Shown here piece after piece: positions 31,000 to 40,715 of a DNA stretch of 64,000 bases. The stretch's first letter is position 1. Each line of letters starts with the position of its first letter. The notes beneath the pieces were generated by a model, which was not told the origin of the DNA, ran no database searches, and saw only the letters and a list, made by a program, of their open reading frames with translations. The translations under genes and the position numbers were made by a program. Source of the DNA: Candidatus Hydrogenedentota bacterium (GTDB taxonomy: Bacteria > Hydrogenedentota > Hydrogenedentia > Hydrogenedentales > SLHB01); assembly GCA_963668025.2 (NCBI GenBank), contig CAXXTH010000017.1, positions 1,440,001 to 1,504,000 of the forward strand, written 5' to 3'.

Positions 31000-32270
31000 C
31001 GCATCCGATTGCATATATCGCGTATGGCGAGGGGCGTGTGCCTCTGGAGCTGGATCCCGCTTTAGCGGATTGGCGGGTGGTAAGCCCTCGGATGGAAGCG
31101 CCGCACGAGGAGCCCCATGCGGCATTTATCGCGGCCTGCCGCCACCCGGTGGGTTCACCGCCTCTACGGGATGTTATCCGCCCGCACGACCGAGTGGTGA
31201 TCTCGACTGCCGATGGCACTCGCCCCGTGCCGAATCGGCTGCTGATACCATGGCTTTTGGAGGAATTACCGGTTCCCACCGAACAAGTGACGGTGGTCTT
31301 GGGAACGGGCACGCACCGCCCCAATACGCCGGAGGAAATCGACGCCATTTTCGGGCCGGATGTGGCGAAAACGGTGCGCATCGTGAATCACGACGCCTAC
31401 GATCCCGCGCGCAACATCACGGTGGGGCGTACGGCCGATGGCGTCGAGGTGCGCCTTGGGCGCGATTACGTCGAGGCGGATAAGCGCATCGCACTAGGCT
31501 TCATCGAGCCCCATTTTTTCGCCGGTTTTTCGGGCGGGCCGAAGGCAGTAGCGCCGGGCGTGGCGTCGCTCGAAACCATTCTGCATTTGCATCGGTATGA
31601 GTTGATAGCCCATCCCGATAGCGTTTGGGGCGTGCTTGAAGAGAATCCACTCCACCGAACCATCCGGGAAATCGTGGCGCTTTGCCCGCCTGAGTTTTTG
31701 GTGAATGTGACGTTGAACTCTGATAAGGCCGTTACACGCGTATTCGCGGGCCATTATCTCGAAGCCCATCGCCTGGGATGCGCCTATGTGCGCGAGCAGG
31801 CCATGGCCCCTGTCGAGCGGTCTTTCCCCATCGTCGTCACCTCCAATAGTGGGCATCCACTCGATCAAAACTTGTATCAATCCGTGAAAGGCCTATCGGC
31901 GGCGGCGCGCATCGCACAAGAGGGAGGCTCGATTGTCATGGCCAGCGCCTGCCGGGATGGCATTCCCGCGCATGGCCGTTTCAGACAGATCCTGGCCGCG
32001 CACGACACCATCGAAGAGGTGGATGCCTATCTGCGGTCCCGCGCTACGCCGGAATTGGATCAGTGGCAGGTGCAAGTTCTTGTTCAAGTGCGCAAGCGTT
32101 GCGCGGTGGATATATATTCGATGCTTCCCACGGAGGATGTGGTGGCATGCAAGTTAAATCCCGTGGCGGACTTGGCGCAAGCCGTGCGGGCGCGAATCGA
32201 GGAAGTGGGAAAAGGCGCGCCAGTCGCGGTGCTGCCCGATGGCCCCATCACCATCTCTTATATTGAATAG
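30996..32270 (+). CDS. larA: Nickel-pincer-dependent lactate racemase family protein
   Basis: 'DGTRPVP', 'GTGTHR', 'NHD', 'IEPHFFAGFSGGPK', 'PLDQNLYQSVKG'; GTG overlaps the upstream stop. Confidence 0.85.
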   Translation: MTHPIAYIAYGEGRVPLELDPALADWRVVSPRMEAPHEEPHAAFIAACRHPVGSPPLRDVIRPHDRVVISTADGTRPVPNRLLIPWLLEELPVPTEQVTVVLGTGTHRPNTPEEIDAIFGPDVAKTVRIVNHDAYDPARNITVGRTADGVEVRLGRDYVEADKRIALGFIEPHFFAGFSGGPKAVAPGVASLETILHLHRYELIAHPDSVWGVLEENPLHRTIREIVALCPPEFLVNVTLNSDKAVTRVFAGHYLEAHRLGCAYVREQAMAPVERSFPIVVTSNSGHPLDQNLYQSVKGLSAAARIAQEGGSIVMASACRDGIPAHGRFRQILAAHDTIEEVDAYLRSRATPELDQWQVQVLVQVRKRCAVDIYSMLPTEDVVACKLNPVADLAQAVRARIEEVGKGAPVAVLPDGPITISYIE

Positions 32271-32375
32271 ACCGGGAACCCCAAACCGGGACCCAAAACC
32301 CGACTGTTTACCTTCTTCCATTCTTTTGATAGAATCGCTTCAGAAAGCCCGCATGGGAATTAAAGGAGCTTGGAT

Positions 32376-33059
32376 ATGATGAGAAGTGTTTTGGCGTGTG
32401 TATTCGCTGGGTGCCTGGTTGTTGTGTTGGCGGGTTGCCCGCCGGTGAACAGCGGAACCGCTTCGCTGCGGGTGATCCAGGCCAGCCCTGACGCCGTTTC
32501 CACGGACGTGGCGGTGAACCGGGTGTGTGTATTTCAGGATTTGGCCTTTGGCTCGGTCACGTCGTATACCGATCTTCAGAGCGGATTCTACGAAGTGAAT
32601 TTCCTGCCCCAAGGAAGCGATTGCTACGAGGACCCCTATCTTGCGGGGGCCTATTTTTCGACTGCCGTCGCGCTGACCGATGGCGACCAAGTCACGATGG
32701 TGTCCATGGGTAAAAAAGCGGATATGTTTCCGCTTGTGCTGGGAGGCGTTTCCTCGACGCCTGCGGCGGGCAAGGCGCTGCTGCGCGTGGTTCATGCCAG
32801 CCCCGACATGCCTAAAGTGGATGTCACGCAAATGAACGGCGGCATGCTTTTCAATGATGTGGCGTTTGAAGATGTGACGGACGTTGTTGAATTGGCTGCT
32901 GGAACCTATACCTTGCAAGTGCGCAACGAAACGAGCGCTTCGCTGTATCTCGCGGTTCCAGATGTCTTCCTTGCCTCGGGGCGCGTCTATACCGCCTATG
33001 TGATCGGCCTCAAAAGCGGCGCGCCCGCTTTACAGGTGATGCTGGTCGAAGAGAATTGA
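32376..33059 (+). CDS. DUF4397-domain lipoprotein
   Basis: Lipobox 'LAGC'; two repeats 'LRV(I/V)(Q/H)ASPD'. Confidence 0.8.
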   Translation: MMRSVLACVFAGCLVVVLAGCPPVNSGTASLRVIQASPDAVSTDVAVNRVCVFQDLAFGSVTSYTDLQSGFYEVNFLPQGSDCYEDPYLAGAYFSTAVALTDGDQVTMVSMGKKADMFPLVLGGVSSTPAAGKALLRVVHASPDMPKVDVTQMNGGMLFNDVAFEDVTDVVELAAGTYTLQVRNETSASLYLAVPDVFLASGRVYTAYVIGLKSGAPALQVMLVEEN

Positions 33060-33073
33060 TTTCTTGATCCGTT

Positions 33074-33107
33074 AGGCAAGGGGCGCTGGCTCCTTGCCTT
33101 TTTTTTT
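33074..33107 (+). terminator. Rho-independent terminator
   Basis: AGGCAAGGGGC-GCTG-GCTCCTTGCCT followed by a T run. Confidence 0.75.
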
Positions 33108-33156
33108 GAGCCATCGGCACGATGTTCGATAGGCTTATACGGCGGAGGGGGGGGGA

Positions 33157-34119
33157 GTGAGCATGACGCCACGGGAACGTTTTATCGCCGCGCTCGAACG
33201 CCGCTCTATCACCGGGCGTGCGCCTCATTTTGAATTGGTGTTTTTCCTCACGATGGAGGCCTTCGGCAAGGTGCATCCATGCCACCGGAATTACTACCAA
33301 TGGGACCAGATGTCGGAAAACGAACGCAGGCTCCAGCGCGAGGATATGGCGGACATTTACATCGCCACCGCCAAACGGTACGAGCATAGCGCTATCTTTA
33401 TCCACCCGAATCCCAACAGGGAAGACGAGGCGATGCGCCTCATTGAGGCTATCCGCGACAAAACGGGCGATACCTATTTCCTCATGATGCATGGCGACGC
33501 CACCTACTCGGTGCCCACGGGTGACGATATGATGGCGCAAGTCACGTGGTTCTACGAGCATATGGACGAAGCCAAAGAACAGGCCCAGCGAAATGTGGAC
33601 GCCATGCTCGCCGCCGCGGAGCGTTATGCGCGCCATGGCGGCCTGGACGGCTGGGCGCTTTGTTCCGATTATTGCTTCAACGATAATCCTTTTCTGAGCC
33701 CGGACATGTTCGCGGAGATCATCGCGCCGTATTTGACGCAGCTCATCGCGGGTGAACGCGAACTCGGGTTTTACGTCATCAAGCACACCGACGGCAATAT
33801 CATGCCCATCATCGAGCAACTCGTTGCGGCCAACCCCCATGCGCTCCATTCGCTTGATCCGCAAGGAGGCGTGGATATCGCCGAAGTGAAGCGGCGCTAT
33901 GGCGGCCAGGTTTGCCTAATCGGCAATGTGAATTGCGGGCAGCTCCAATCAGGTACGGAAGAAGAGGTGATCGGCTCCGCGCGCTACTGTATCCGCCACG
34001 GCATGCCCGGCGGCGGCTACATCTTTTCGACCAGCAACTGCGCCTATACGGGCTTGGCCCTCGAACGCTATGAACTCATGTGGAGAGTCTGGCATGAAGA
34101 GGCCATTTATCCCGAATAA
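33157..34119 (+). CDS. Uroporphyrinogen decarboxylase superfamily protein
   Basis: 'MTPRERF', 'CSDY', 'KHTDGN', 'LHSLDPQGGVDI', 'GGGYIFSTSN'. Confidence 0.82.
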   Translation: MSMTPRERFIAALERRSITGRAPHFELVFFLTMEAFGKVHPCHRNYYQWDQMSENERRLQREDMADIYIATAKRYEHSAIFIHPNPNREDEAMRLIEAIRDKTGDTYFLMMHGDATYSVPTGDDMMAQVTWFYEHMDEAKEQAQRNVDAMLAAAERYARHGGLDGWALCSDYCFNDNPFLSPDMFAEIIAPYLTQLIAGERELGFYVIKHTDGNIMPIIEQLVAANPHALHSLDPQGGVDIAEVKRRYGGQVCLIGNVNCGQLQSGTEEEVIGSARYCIRHGMPGGGYIFSTSNCAYTGLALERYELMWRVWHEEAIYPE

Positions 34120-34130
34120 GGGACGGCGCG

Positions 34131-35864
34131 CTATGCATGGCGCGGCGGACGGGTGGGCAGGTGGCGATAGGGCTCGGTCTCGGCGATAAGCTCGCCGTAA
34201 TACGCGCCATTGCGGCATCGCAGGCGCACGCGGCGGTGGCAAACCATGCAGGCGATCTCGGCATCCGGTTGAGCCGGTTCGGGAATGAGGATATAGGTGC
34301 TGCAAAACGGGCAGGCGATGCTGTGGCCGTTTTGCTCGAAGTAGTTCTGCCGGATATTGTCGATGGAGCCGCCGCGCAGGCATGCTTCCAGGGCCGCGAT
34401 GCATCCCGGGTCAAATTGCGCGCCGCTCATGTTCCGAATCCGGGCGATGGCCTCCTCCGGATCGAGGCCCTTGCGGTAAGGCCGGTTGCTCGTCATGGCG
34501 TCATATGTGTCCGCCACGGCGATGATCCGGCCTTCCATCGGGATCTCTTCCCCGGCAAGCCCGTATGGATATCCTTGCCCATCCCATCGTTCATGATGGT
34601 ATAAGGCGTATGGAATGAGGGGAACTAGGAAATCCACATCCCTCATAAGGCGCGCACCCCGTTCCGGATGAACCTGCATCATGGCGTATTCTTCCTGGTC
34701 CAAGCCATCGGGTTTGCACAGGATCGAGCCGTCGATAGCGATTTTGCCCACATCATGCAGCACACCGCCCATGCGGCATTCCGCGATCTTGGCCTCATCC
34801 CATCCCATCTCGCGGGCGATAGCCATGGCGAATTGCGCCACCCGCCAGGCATGGCCCACGGTGTAATGATCCCGCATCTCGACGGCGTTCGCGAGCACGA
34901 TCAGGGTGTCTTGATAGCTTTTTTCGACGCGGGCGAGGTATTGGGCGTTTCGTATGGCCGTGGCCGACGCCAGAGACAACGCCACCAGTAATTCGAGGTC
35001 GCTTTCCGTGAATGCCCGGGCGAGGCCGCGCGCATCCACATACAGCGCACCCAGAATCTCGCCCTGATGCTCGAACGGCGCGCACATGGCCGAGGTGATA
35101 TTTTGAACAATAATGCTCCCGCCTTTGCCAAAGCGTGCGTCCGTGGCGGCGTCGTCCGTGATGACCGCTTCGCCCCGCTCGACTACGCGCTGCACAATGG
35201 ATGAACTCACCTTCATTTCATGGTCAGTGGGTTCGGCCCGGATACACACTTTTTCGAGGCGGCCGCTTCCGGGTTCTTTCAATAGAATCGCGCCATTATG
35301 GGCGGGGACCAGCCGGAAAACCTGATCGAGCACCCGCTCGAGCAATTGCTTCAAATCCCGCTCGCTCGATATAATCTGGGCTGATTCGTACACAGCGGCC
35401 AGCCGCCGCTGGGCGTCCCTCAATTGCGCTGCCGTCACATTGTTTCGCTGGCTCGTGTCGAAGAAGGTTTTGTATACGCTCGAGGCGGCCGCCGCACGTA
35501 TGGCATGGCCTTCTTCCGTCTCGAAAACAGCGCCTGACACAGGCGGTGTGGATTCGATATGCGCCGGATGGATGAGTTCAAACCGAATACGCGTATCGCC
35601 AATGGCGATGACATCTCCATCCGCCAGGCGGCTTTCGACTACTTGCCTTCCGCCTACGAAGGTGCCGTTTCCGCTGCCGAGGTCGCGCAAAAAGGTGCCC
35701 GAGGGCGTTTGGCGGATCATGGCGTGGCGGCGCGACACCTGGATATCGTTAAGCTGCACACTATTCTCGCGGCTGCGGCCAATCGTGGCCGCACCCGCCA
35801 GCTCTACGATTTGGCCTTGCTGGCCGCCGGAGAGAATGACAAGGCGTTCTGCTCTCATACGCAT
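34131..35864 (-). CDS. FHA-GAF-HD-GYP cyclic-dinucleotide phosphodiesterase with C-terminal CxxC..CxxC ribbon
   Basis: FHA 'IGRS...VSRRHA...DLGSGNGT'; GAF 'SAMCAPF...GALYVD'; 'RDHYTVGH', 'LHDVGK', 'HHERWDGQGYP'; 'CPFC...CMVC'; start uncertain. Confidence 0.88.
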   Translation of the reverse strand: MRMRAERLVILSGGQQGQIVELAGAATIGRSRENSVQLNDIQVSRRHAMIRQTPSGTFLRDLGSGNGTFVGGRQVVESRLADGDVIAIGDTRIRFELIHPAHIESTPPVSGAVFETEEGHAIRAAAASSVYKTFFDTSQRNNVTAAQLRDAQRRLAAVYESAQIISSERDLKQLLERVLDQVFRLVPAHNGAILLKEPGSGRLEKVCIRAEPTDHEMKVSSSIVQRVVERGEAVITDDAATDARFGKGGSIIVQNITSAMCAPFEHQGEILGALYVDARGLARAFTESDLELLVALSLASATAIRNAQYLARVEKSYQDTLIVLANAVEMRDHYTVGHAWRVAQFAMAIAREMGWDEAKIAECRMGGVLHDVGKIAIDGSILCKPDGLDQEEYAMMQVHPERGARLMRDVDFLVPLIPYALYHHERWDGQGYPYGLAGEEIPMEGRIIAVADTYDAMTSNRPYRKGLDPEEAIARIRNMSGAQFDPGCIAALEACLRGGSIDNIRQNYFEQNGHSIACPFCSTYILIPEPAQPDAEIACMVCHRRVRLRCRNGAYYGELIAETEPYRHLPTRPPRHA

Positions 35865-36066
35865 CCCGCTATTGGGACGGACAATGCCGCCGGTTGAATT
35901 CGGGATTTTAAAAGGATCCGCACATTTCACCGTTCCCGATTCCCCGCAATCGTAACACACCACAAGCAGATGCGCAACAGCACGGCATTTTGGAAATGAG
36001 GAAGAGTTGTAATACCATATTTTGTGTCAACAATATCCTCCTACCCCCACAAATTGTAATTTTATC

Positions 36067-36095
36067 TTGACAGCCCACAAGCGGTAGTTTAGAAT
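36067..36095 (+). promoter_or_regulatory. Sigma70-type promoter for the ExeA-TPR-OPX/secretin-wzc-wzy operon
   Basis: TTGACA (36067-36072), 17-nt spacer, TAGAAT (36090-36095). Confidence 0.7.
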
Positions 36096-36200
36096 AGTTC
36101 TACGATTAGCAAGAGTTTAATTAATATCGGTACTCTGATATAGAGTACGCCGCATGCATCAGCCATTTTGGGGGAGGCTTGTGCTTGAGACTCCATCTCG

Positions 36201-37400
36201 ATGGATGGCCGCTTGTTGCGGGATATTCAGGGCATTGAAGAGTGGATTGGCAGCATGAGGCGTTCCCCTTACGAGGCGGACGCAATACATGGATGGACCT
36301 ATTTTGCAAAGGAGGCCCTCGTGGGAGCCACACAGCCGATACCGTGGGAAGAGCGCCATACGCAGGCCAGCGCGAATGAATCCACCGACCTAGTGCTGCG
36401 TTATTTCGGCTTGCAGGAACAGCCTTTCGCCGCGACCGCGGATCCGGCGTACTTTTTTGCCGCGCGCCAGCATAAGGAATGCCTGTTCCGTTTATGGCAC
36501 TCCATTGATGAGCGCCATGGCATCACCGTGGTGTTGGGCAATTACGGCACGGGAAAAACCACCTTATTGCGCAAGCTCCTCACGGGTATGAGCGCCCAGC
36601 CGGAAAAATACAACACGGCGGTCATCGGCTCGCCTATTCCTTCCTGGACCAGTTTCTCGCTTCTTGAGAGCATCGTGAATAAATTCCAGTTACACCCGAA
36701 AGAGCGCTCGTTCGTGGAGTTCATGGAATCTTTAAACCGGTATCTGTTAAGCCGCCGGGACCGCATCACCACCTTAATCATTGATGACGCCCAGAACTTG
36801 AATAAACGCGGGCAGCTTGAATTGCTGCGCTTAGCCCAGAATCTCGAGACGCCCCAGCATAAGCTTCTCAATTTGGTATTTTTTGCGCAGCTCGAATGGA
36901 TGAACATCCTGCGCGCCGCCCCCAATTTCTACCAGCGGGTTAGCTTAACTTACACACTTGACGCATTGAGCCCGGCGGATGTGGCGGAGCTTATTGAGTT
37001 CCGGTTGCGCATGGCTGGCGGCGGCGACCGGGCGCCGCGTTTTGATGAAGGGGCTATTCACGCCATATATGCATATAGCGATGGCAGCCCGCGCGTAGTG
37101 GTCACGATGTGCCGGAATGCCCTGATTCTGGCCGCCCAGTTGCGTACGCGCCTCATTGGGCAAACAGTGATTTTGCACACGATACAGAAGACCACCTTGC
37201 CAGACCAGGAGAAGCAGGAACGAGTGGCTCAAGCTCTCGCGGCGCATCAACAGCCTGTGGCGGCGCCGGTCGCCTTTGAACAAGTTCCAGAACGAGGCGC
37301 GGGAGTAGCAGTTCAATCCAATCGAGCCCGGGCAAGCCGCATGCTGTTGAAAGCCGCCCGGGCAGGCATGGACCAGCATTTGCCAAAGGGAGATCAATGA
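36201..37400 (+). CDS. ExeA/GspA-type AAA ATPase
   Basis: 'YFGLQEQPF...DPAYFF', Walker A 'GNYGTGKTT', Walker B 'LIIDDAQNL', 'YSDGSPR'. Confidence 0.88.
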   Translation: MDGRLLRDIQGIEEWIGSMRRSPYEADAIHGWTYFAKEALVGATQPIPWEERHTQASANESTDLVLRYFGLQEQPFAATADPAYFFAARQHKECLFRLWHSIDERHGITVVLGNYGTGKTTLLRKLLTGMSAQPEKYNTAVIGSPIPSWTSFSLLESIVNKFQLHPKERSFVEFMESLNRYLLSRRDRITTLIIDDAQNLNKRGQLELLRLAQNLETPQHKLLNLVFFAQLEWMNILRAAPNFYQRVSLTYTLDALSPADVAELIEFRLRMAGGGDRAPRFDEGAIHAIYAYSDGSPRVVVTMCRNALILAAQLRTRLIGQTVILHTIQKTTLPDQEKQERVAQALAAHQQPVAAPVAFEQVPERGAGVAVQSNRARASRMLLKAARAGMDQHLPKGDQ

Positions 37401-39076
37401 CGCCGGACGAAACAGAAGATCCCGGCCTTGATGATGGCCTGCTAGAGGAACTGGACGAGATTGACGAGCATTTCGCCGCCAATATCGACGAGGATGAGCG
37501 CATCTCGAGCGGCGTGCCGAAAAGCCAGCGCTCGGGCGATATCGATTTCATCCAAATGACGGGCCTCACCAATCCGGAAACCGCCATGGAAGCGGAATTA
37601 GCGGATATTGACCCCGCAAATCCCCTCAGTTTCTACGAAAGAGGCGTCGCGGATGTGGATGTTTCGATGGCGCCTGGCGTGCTGGGAAACGCCAGTGACG
37701 CTGATGCGGAAATAATCCCCGCACCGTCGCGCCCACCCAAATCGCAGGACATGCGCGCCATGCTCTCCAAAAAACGGGAGATGCAAGAAACGTCCCAACC
37801 GAGTAAAAACGTCGCTTCTAACGAAGTGAAGCCGAATCGTTCGTTCATGCGCCCCGAGGCCGAGAAGCCTCGTCCAGAGCCTCAAGCTCCCGTTTCACCG
37901 CCGCCGGAAGCGGTTGCGCCTCCGGTTGCGAGAGAACCTGTTCCGGAGCGCCCTGCGGCAAGGCCGATGGAAACCGCTGCACAGCGGCGGGCCGAGTATC
38001 CGGCATACCGCCCAGATTATTCCGGTGACGAAGAAAGTTGGAGTCCCAGCGTTTCGGAAGAGCCGGAAAAGAAGCCGGGCTCGAGTTCCCACCACAGGCG
38101 TCGCAGTGGCGGCCGCCAATCACGTAAAATCCGCCGGATTATGATGGCGTTCGCATTGTTGTGTGTGATGCTTGCGGCGCTGTACCTGGCATTCGAGGCG
38201 CTTAAGCTTCATCTTTCATCTCCCGAAGAGCAGTTCCGCGAAGCGGCTCGCGTGGAGGCGCAAGGCGATTATATTGGCGCAGCCCAGCGGTTCAAGAGTT
38301 TTTACGACCGCTTCTCGACGCATCCGCTAAAGGCCGAAGCCTTGTTCCGCGCCGCCTTTTTGTACCAGGCTTCGCCGAAGGAGGGGGGAGCCCAGCCGCA
38401 ACGATATTATGAAGAGTCGAAGATTCTCTTCGATAAATATATACAGGAATTTCCCGCTGCTCCCAATATGCCTCGAGTACGCACGCTCATGGGCATACTC
38501 GATTATCGGCTTGGAATGTATCGGGAAGCTATAGATCAATTAAGCGATCCCAAGCTTCGGAGCGAAGATCCTGGGGCGGATTTAGCTATTTTGCGCGTGC
38601 TTGGGCGGGCATATGCCGCGATTGGGCAATATCTGGAAGCACACAGCAGTTTCTTGCAGGCGGCTTCGACGAATGGAAACTTGGCACCGGATTTGGATTA
38701 CCAAGAACTCGGCAGCATGTATATGGCCATGGCTTCGAATGCGAAATCAGGAAGCGAGGCAAATACATACAAGGAAAAAGCAATCGAATTTCTAAAACGC
38801 GCGGCCGATTGCCCAACGATCACTGCGGCGAATCAGCAAGAGATCAAGGGCAAGCTGGAGCAGATTGAAGGCAAGCCCGAAAAGCCGGATGAAGCGCCCG
38901 TTAGCGCGTCGAATGCGCCCGCCCAAGCGCCGGAGAACGCGAATCCTGCGCCTCCGCCCGTGGATACGAGCATGGAGAGCGGTAAAGCTGCGTCGGCAGT
39001 GGCTGCGGATGCCGCATCCACTGCGCCTAGCGCGCCTCCGGCTGAGGCGGCGCCCGTGAAGCCGCAAACGCCATAA
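37397..39076 (+). CDS. Single-pass membrane protein: acidic/Pro-rich cytoplasmic N-terminus, TM helix, periplasmic TPRs (BamD/CpoB-like)
   Basis: Arg-rich segment then hydrophobic 'IMMAFALLCVMLAALYLAF'; TPR-like 'GDYIGAAQRFKSFYDRFSTHPLKAEALFRAAF'; ATGA overlap with the ATPase stop. Confidence 0.75.
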   Translation: MTPDETEDPGLDDGLLEELDEIDEHFAANIDEDERISSGVPKSQRSGDIDFIQMTGLTNPETAMEAELADIDPANPLSFYERGVADVDVSMAPGVLGNASDADAEIIPAPSRPPKSQDMRAMLSKKREMQETSQPSKNVASNEVKPNRSFMRPEAEKPRPEPQAPVSPPPEAVAPPVAREPVPERPAARPMETAAQRRAEYPAYRPDYSGDEESWSPSVSEEPEKKPGSSSHHRRRSGGRQSRKIRRIMMAFALLCVMLAALYLAFEALKLHLSSPEEQFREAARVEAQGDYIGAAQRFKSFYDRFSTHPLKAEALFRAAFLYQASPKEGGAQPQRYYEESKILFDKYIQEFPAAPNMPRVRTLMGILDYRLGMYREAIDQLSDPKLRSEDPGADLAILRVLGRAYAAIGQYLEAHSSFLQAASTNGNLAPDLDYQELGSMYMAMASNAKSGSEANTYKEKAIEFLKRAADCPTITAANQQEIKGKLEQIEGKPEKPDEAPVSASNAPAQAPENANPAPPPVDTSMESGKAASAVAADAASTAPSAPPAEAAPVKPQTP

Positions 39077-39123
39077 CACTACGGCTGGGCTTATCCTGAA
39101 GGGATGGGCACAGGGAGAGGGAA

Positions 39124-40707
39124 ATGATGTCCCGCACGACACGACGGAGAATTTGGAAGCCTATGGGGCCGATGCAGCGTTTTGCAGCAGTGGTTGTGGG
39201 CTGCCTATTATCGCTTGGGGTATTTGCACAAGAGCAAACAGTCCGGCCTCAAGATTCAACGGCCAGGGAAAATGTCATCGCGCCGCGCGAGGAAGCGCCC
39301 GTAGCGAAAACGACACTCAATGCCGGAGATTTGGTGTTTGTGGACATCGCACGGCACCCGGAATTGTCCACCAGCACGCAGATCGATACGGGCGGAAGCA
39401 TTGTGCTGCCCCATGTGGGCCCGGTAAAAATCGGGGGCATGTCGGAGACGGAGGCGCAAGATGCCATCGCAACGTCGCTGCTGCGCATTTTGCGCCAGAA
39501 GCCGCAAGTGATGCTTTCCCGCAACGCCCCGGCGGTAACCGCCAATAATTTCCGCACTTCCGAGATGACGACCGAATTAATCCCGCTGCAGAACGCCAAT
39601 GCGGAAAATCTCGCCAATGCGCTCCAAGGCATGACCAGCGCGGGCGGCAATATCAGTTATGATCCCGATACGTATACGCTCATTATTACAGATACGCCGG
39701 AGACCGTGCGCAATATCATGAGTGTTGTCAATCGCCTTGACAATATGAAGAGCCTTGTCACGCAAGTGCGGATCGAGGCCAAGATTGCCGAAGTGAAAGT
39801 AAACGCCATGAAAGAACTGGGCGTTAAGTGGTTTGCTCAAGGCGATGAAGCCGGGGGCGGGTATTATCCCACGGGCGTGCAAGGCACCGGCTTGCAAAAT
39901 TTGCTCGGTACCGCGTCCGATGCGAACGCCAACGAGCAAGTCAATTTGGGCGGTGGCGGGACAGGCGGCGGCCGTTCATATGTCGAAGAAGGGCTGTTTG
40001 ACCGGCGCGTAGTGCTGCCGGTAAATGTAGGCCAGCCAGGCCAGTTTTTCTTTGGGCTTTTGAATTCGGATATCGATCTGGGCATATTGCTGAATGCGCT
40101 TGTGGCGAATGATGAAGCGGAAATCCTGGCGAATCCGAGTATTTTGGCGGTGAATCACACCAAGGCGCAAATCCGCAGCACCGAACGCTTTCCGTTCACC
40201 GAATATGGCGTGTCGGATGGGCGCGACACGTTCGGCACCAGTTTCCTCGATCTCGGGATCAAGCTGATGGTGACGCCCCATGTGCGCACCGATGATAAAG
40301 GCATTTATGTGAACCTCGAACTCGAACCCGAGGTGTCGTATCCTACGGGCAACGCCGAAGGCGTGCCCACCTATTCCGTGCGTAGTTCAAAAAACATCGC
40401 GAATGTGCGTGACAGTCAAACGCTTGTTATTGGGGGTATTTACCGCAACCAGCAGCGCAATGTGGACTCTGGTTTGCCTGGACTGCGCAAGGCTCCGATA
40501 ATCGGCCATCTGTTCTCTCATGTCGAAAAAGAGCAAAATCAGACGGAGTTGATGGTTTTCGTTACGCCGACGGTGCATGACAGCCCGGAGACGGTCACCT
40601 GGGATCGAATGTTGGATATACAAAGCGCAAGCAATGCGCCTAGCGCGAGCAGTGTGCTGAAACCGGTTCCCACTCGAGCCGTTTTACCCGAGACTCGCAA
40701 GGAGTAA
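39124..40707 (+). CDS. Fusion of a polysaccharide export (Wza/OPX Poly_export) domain with a secretin (N3 plus secretin domain)
   Basis: Signal peptide ending 'GVFA-QE'; aa about 63-132 'LNAGDLVFVDI..HPELS...IDTGGSIVLPHVGPVKIGGMS..EAQ..I...L....KPQV'; aa about 148-206 'IPLQNANAENLA...ISYDPDTYTLIITD'; 'QVRIEAKIAEV...ELGVKW', 'ILANPSI', 'DLGIKLMVTPHV', 'TLVIGG', 'LPGL..AP.IGHLF', 'TELMVFVTPTV'. Confidence 0.85.
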   Translation: MMSRTTRRRIWKPMGPMQRFAAVVVGCLLSLGVFAQEQTVRPQDSTARENVIAPREEAPVAKTTLNAGDLVFVDIARHPELSTSTQIDTGGSIVLPHVGPVKIGGMSETEAQDAIATSLLRILRQKPQVMLSRNAPAVTANNFRTSEMTTELIPLQNANAENLANALQGMTSAGGNISYDPDTYTLIITDTPETVRNIMSVVNRLDNMKSLVTQVRIEAKIAEVKVNAMKELGVKWFAQGDEAGGGYYPTGVQGTGLQNLLGTASDANANEQVNLGGGGTGGGRSYVEEGLFDRRVVLPVNVGQPGQFFFGLLNSDIDLGILLNALVANDEAEILANPSILAVNHTKAQIRSTERFPFTEYGVSDGRDTFGTSFLDLGIKLMVTPHVRTDDKGIYVNLELEPEVSYPTGNAEGVPTYSVRSSKNIANVRDSQTLVIGGIYRNQQRNVDSGLPGLRKAPIIGHLFSHVEKEQNQTELMVFVTPTVHDSPETVTWDRMLDIQSASNAPSASSVLKPVPTRAVLPETRKE

Positions 40708-40715
40708 GTGCTTCG

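Noticed and set aside
36012-36027. NrdR-box-like ATACCATATTTTGTGT between the HD-GYP gene and the ExeA ATPase
   Set aside because: Single copy in AT-rich promoter DNA with no nucleotide-metabolism gene nearby; probably chance
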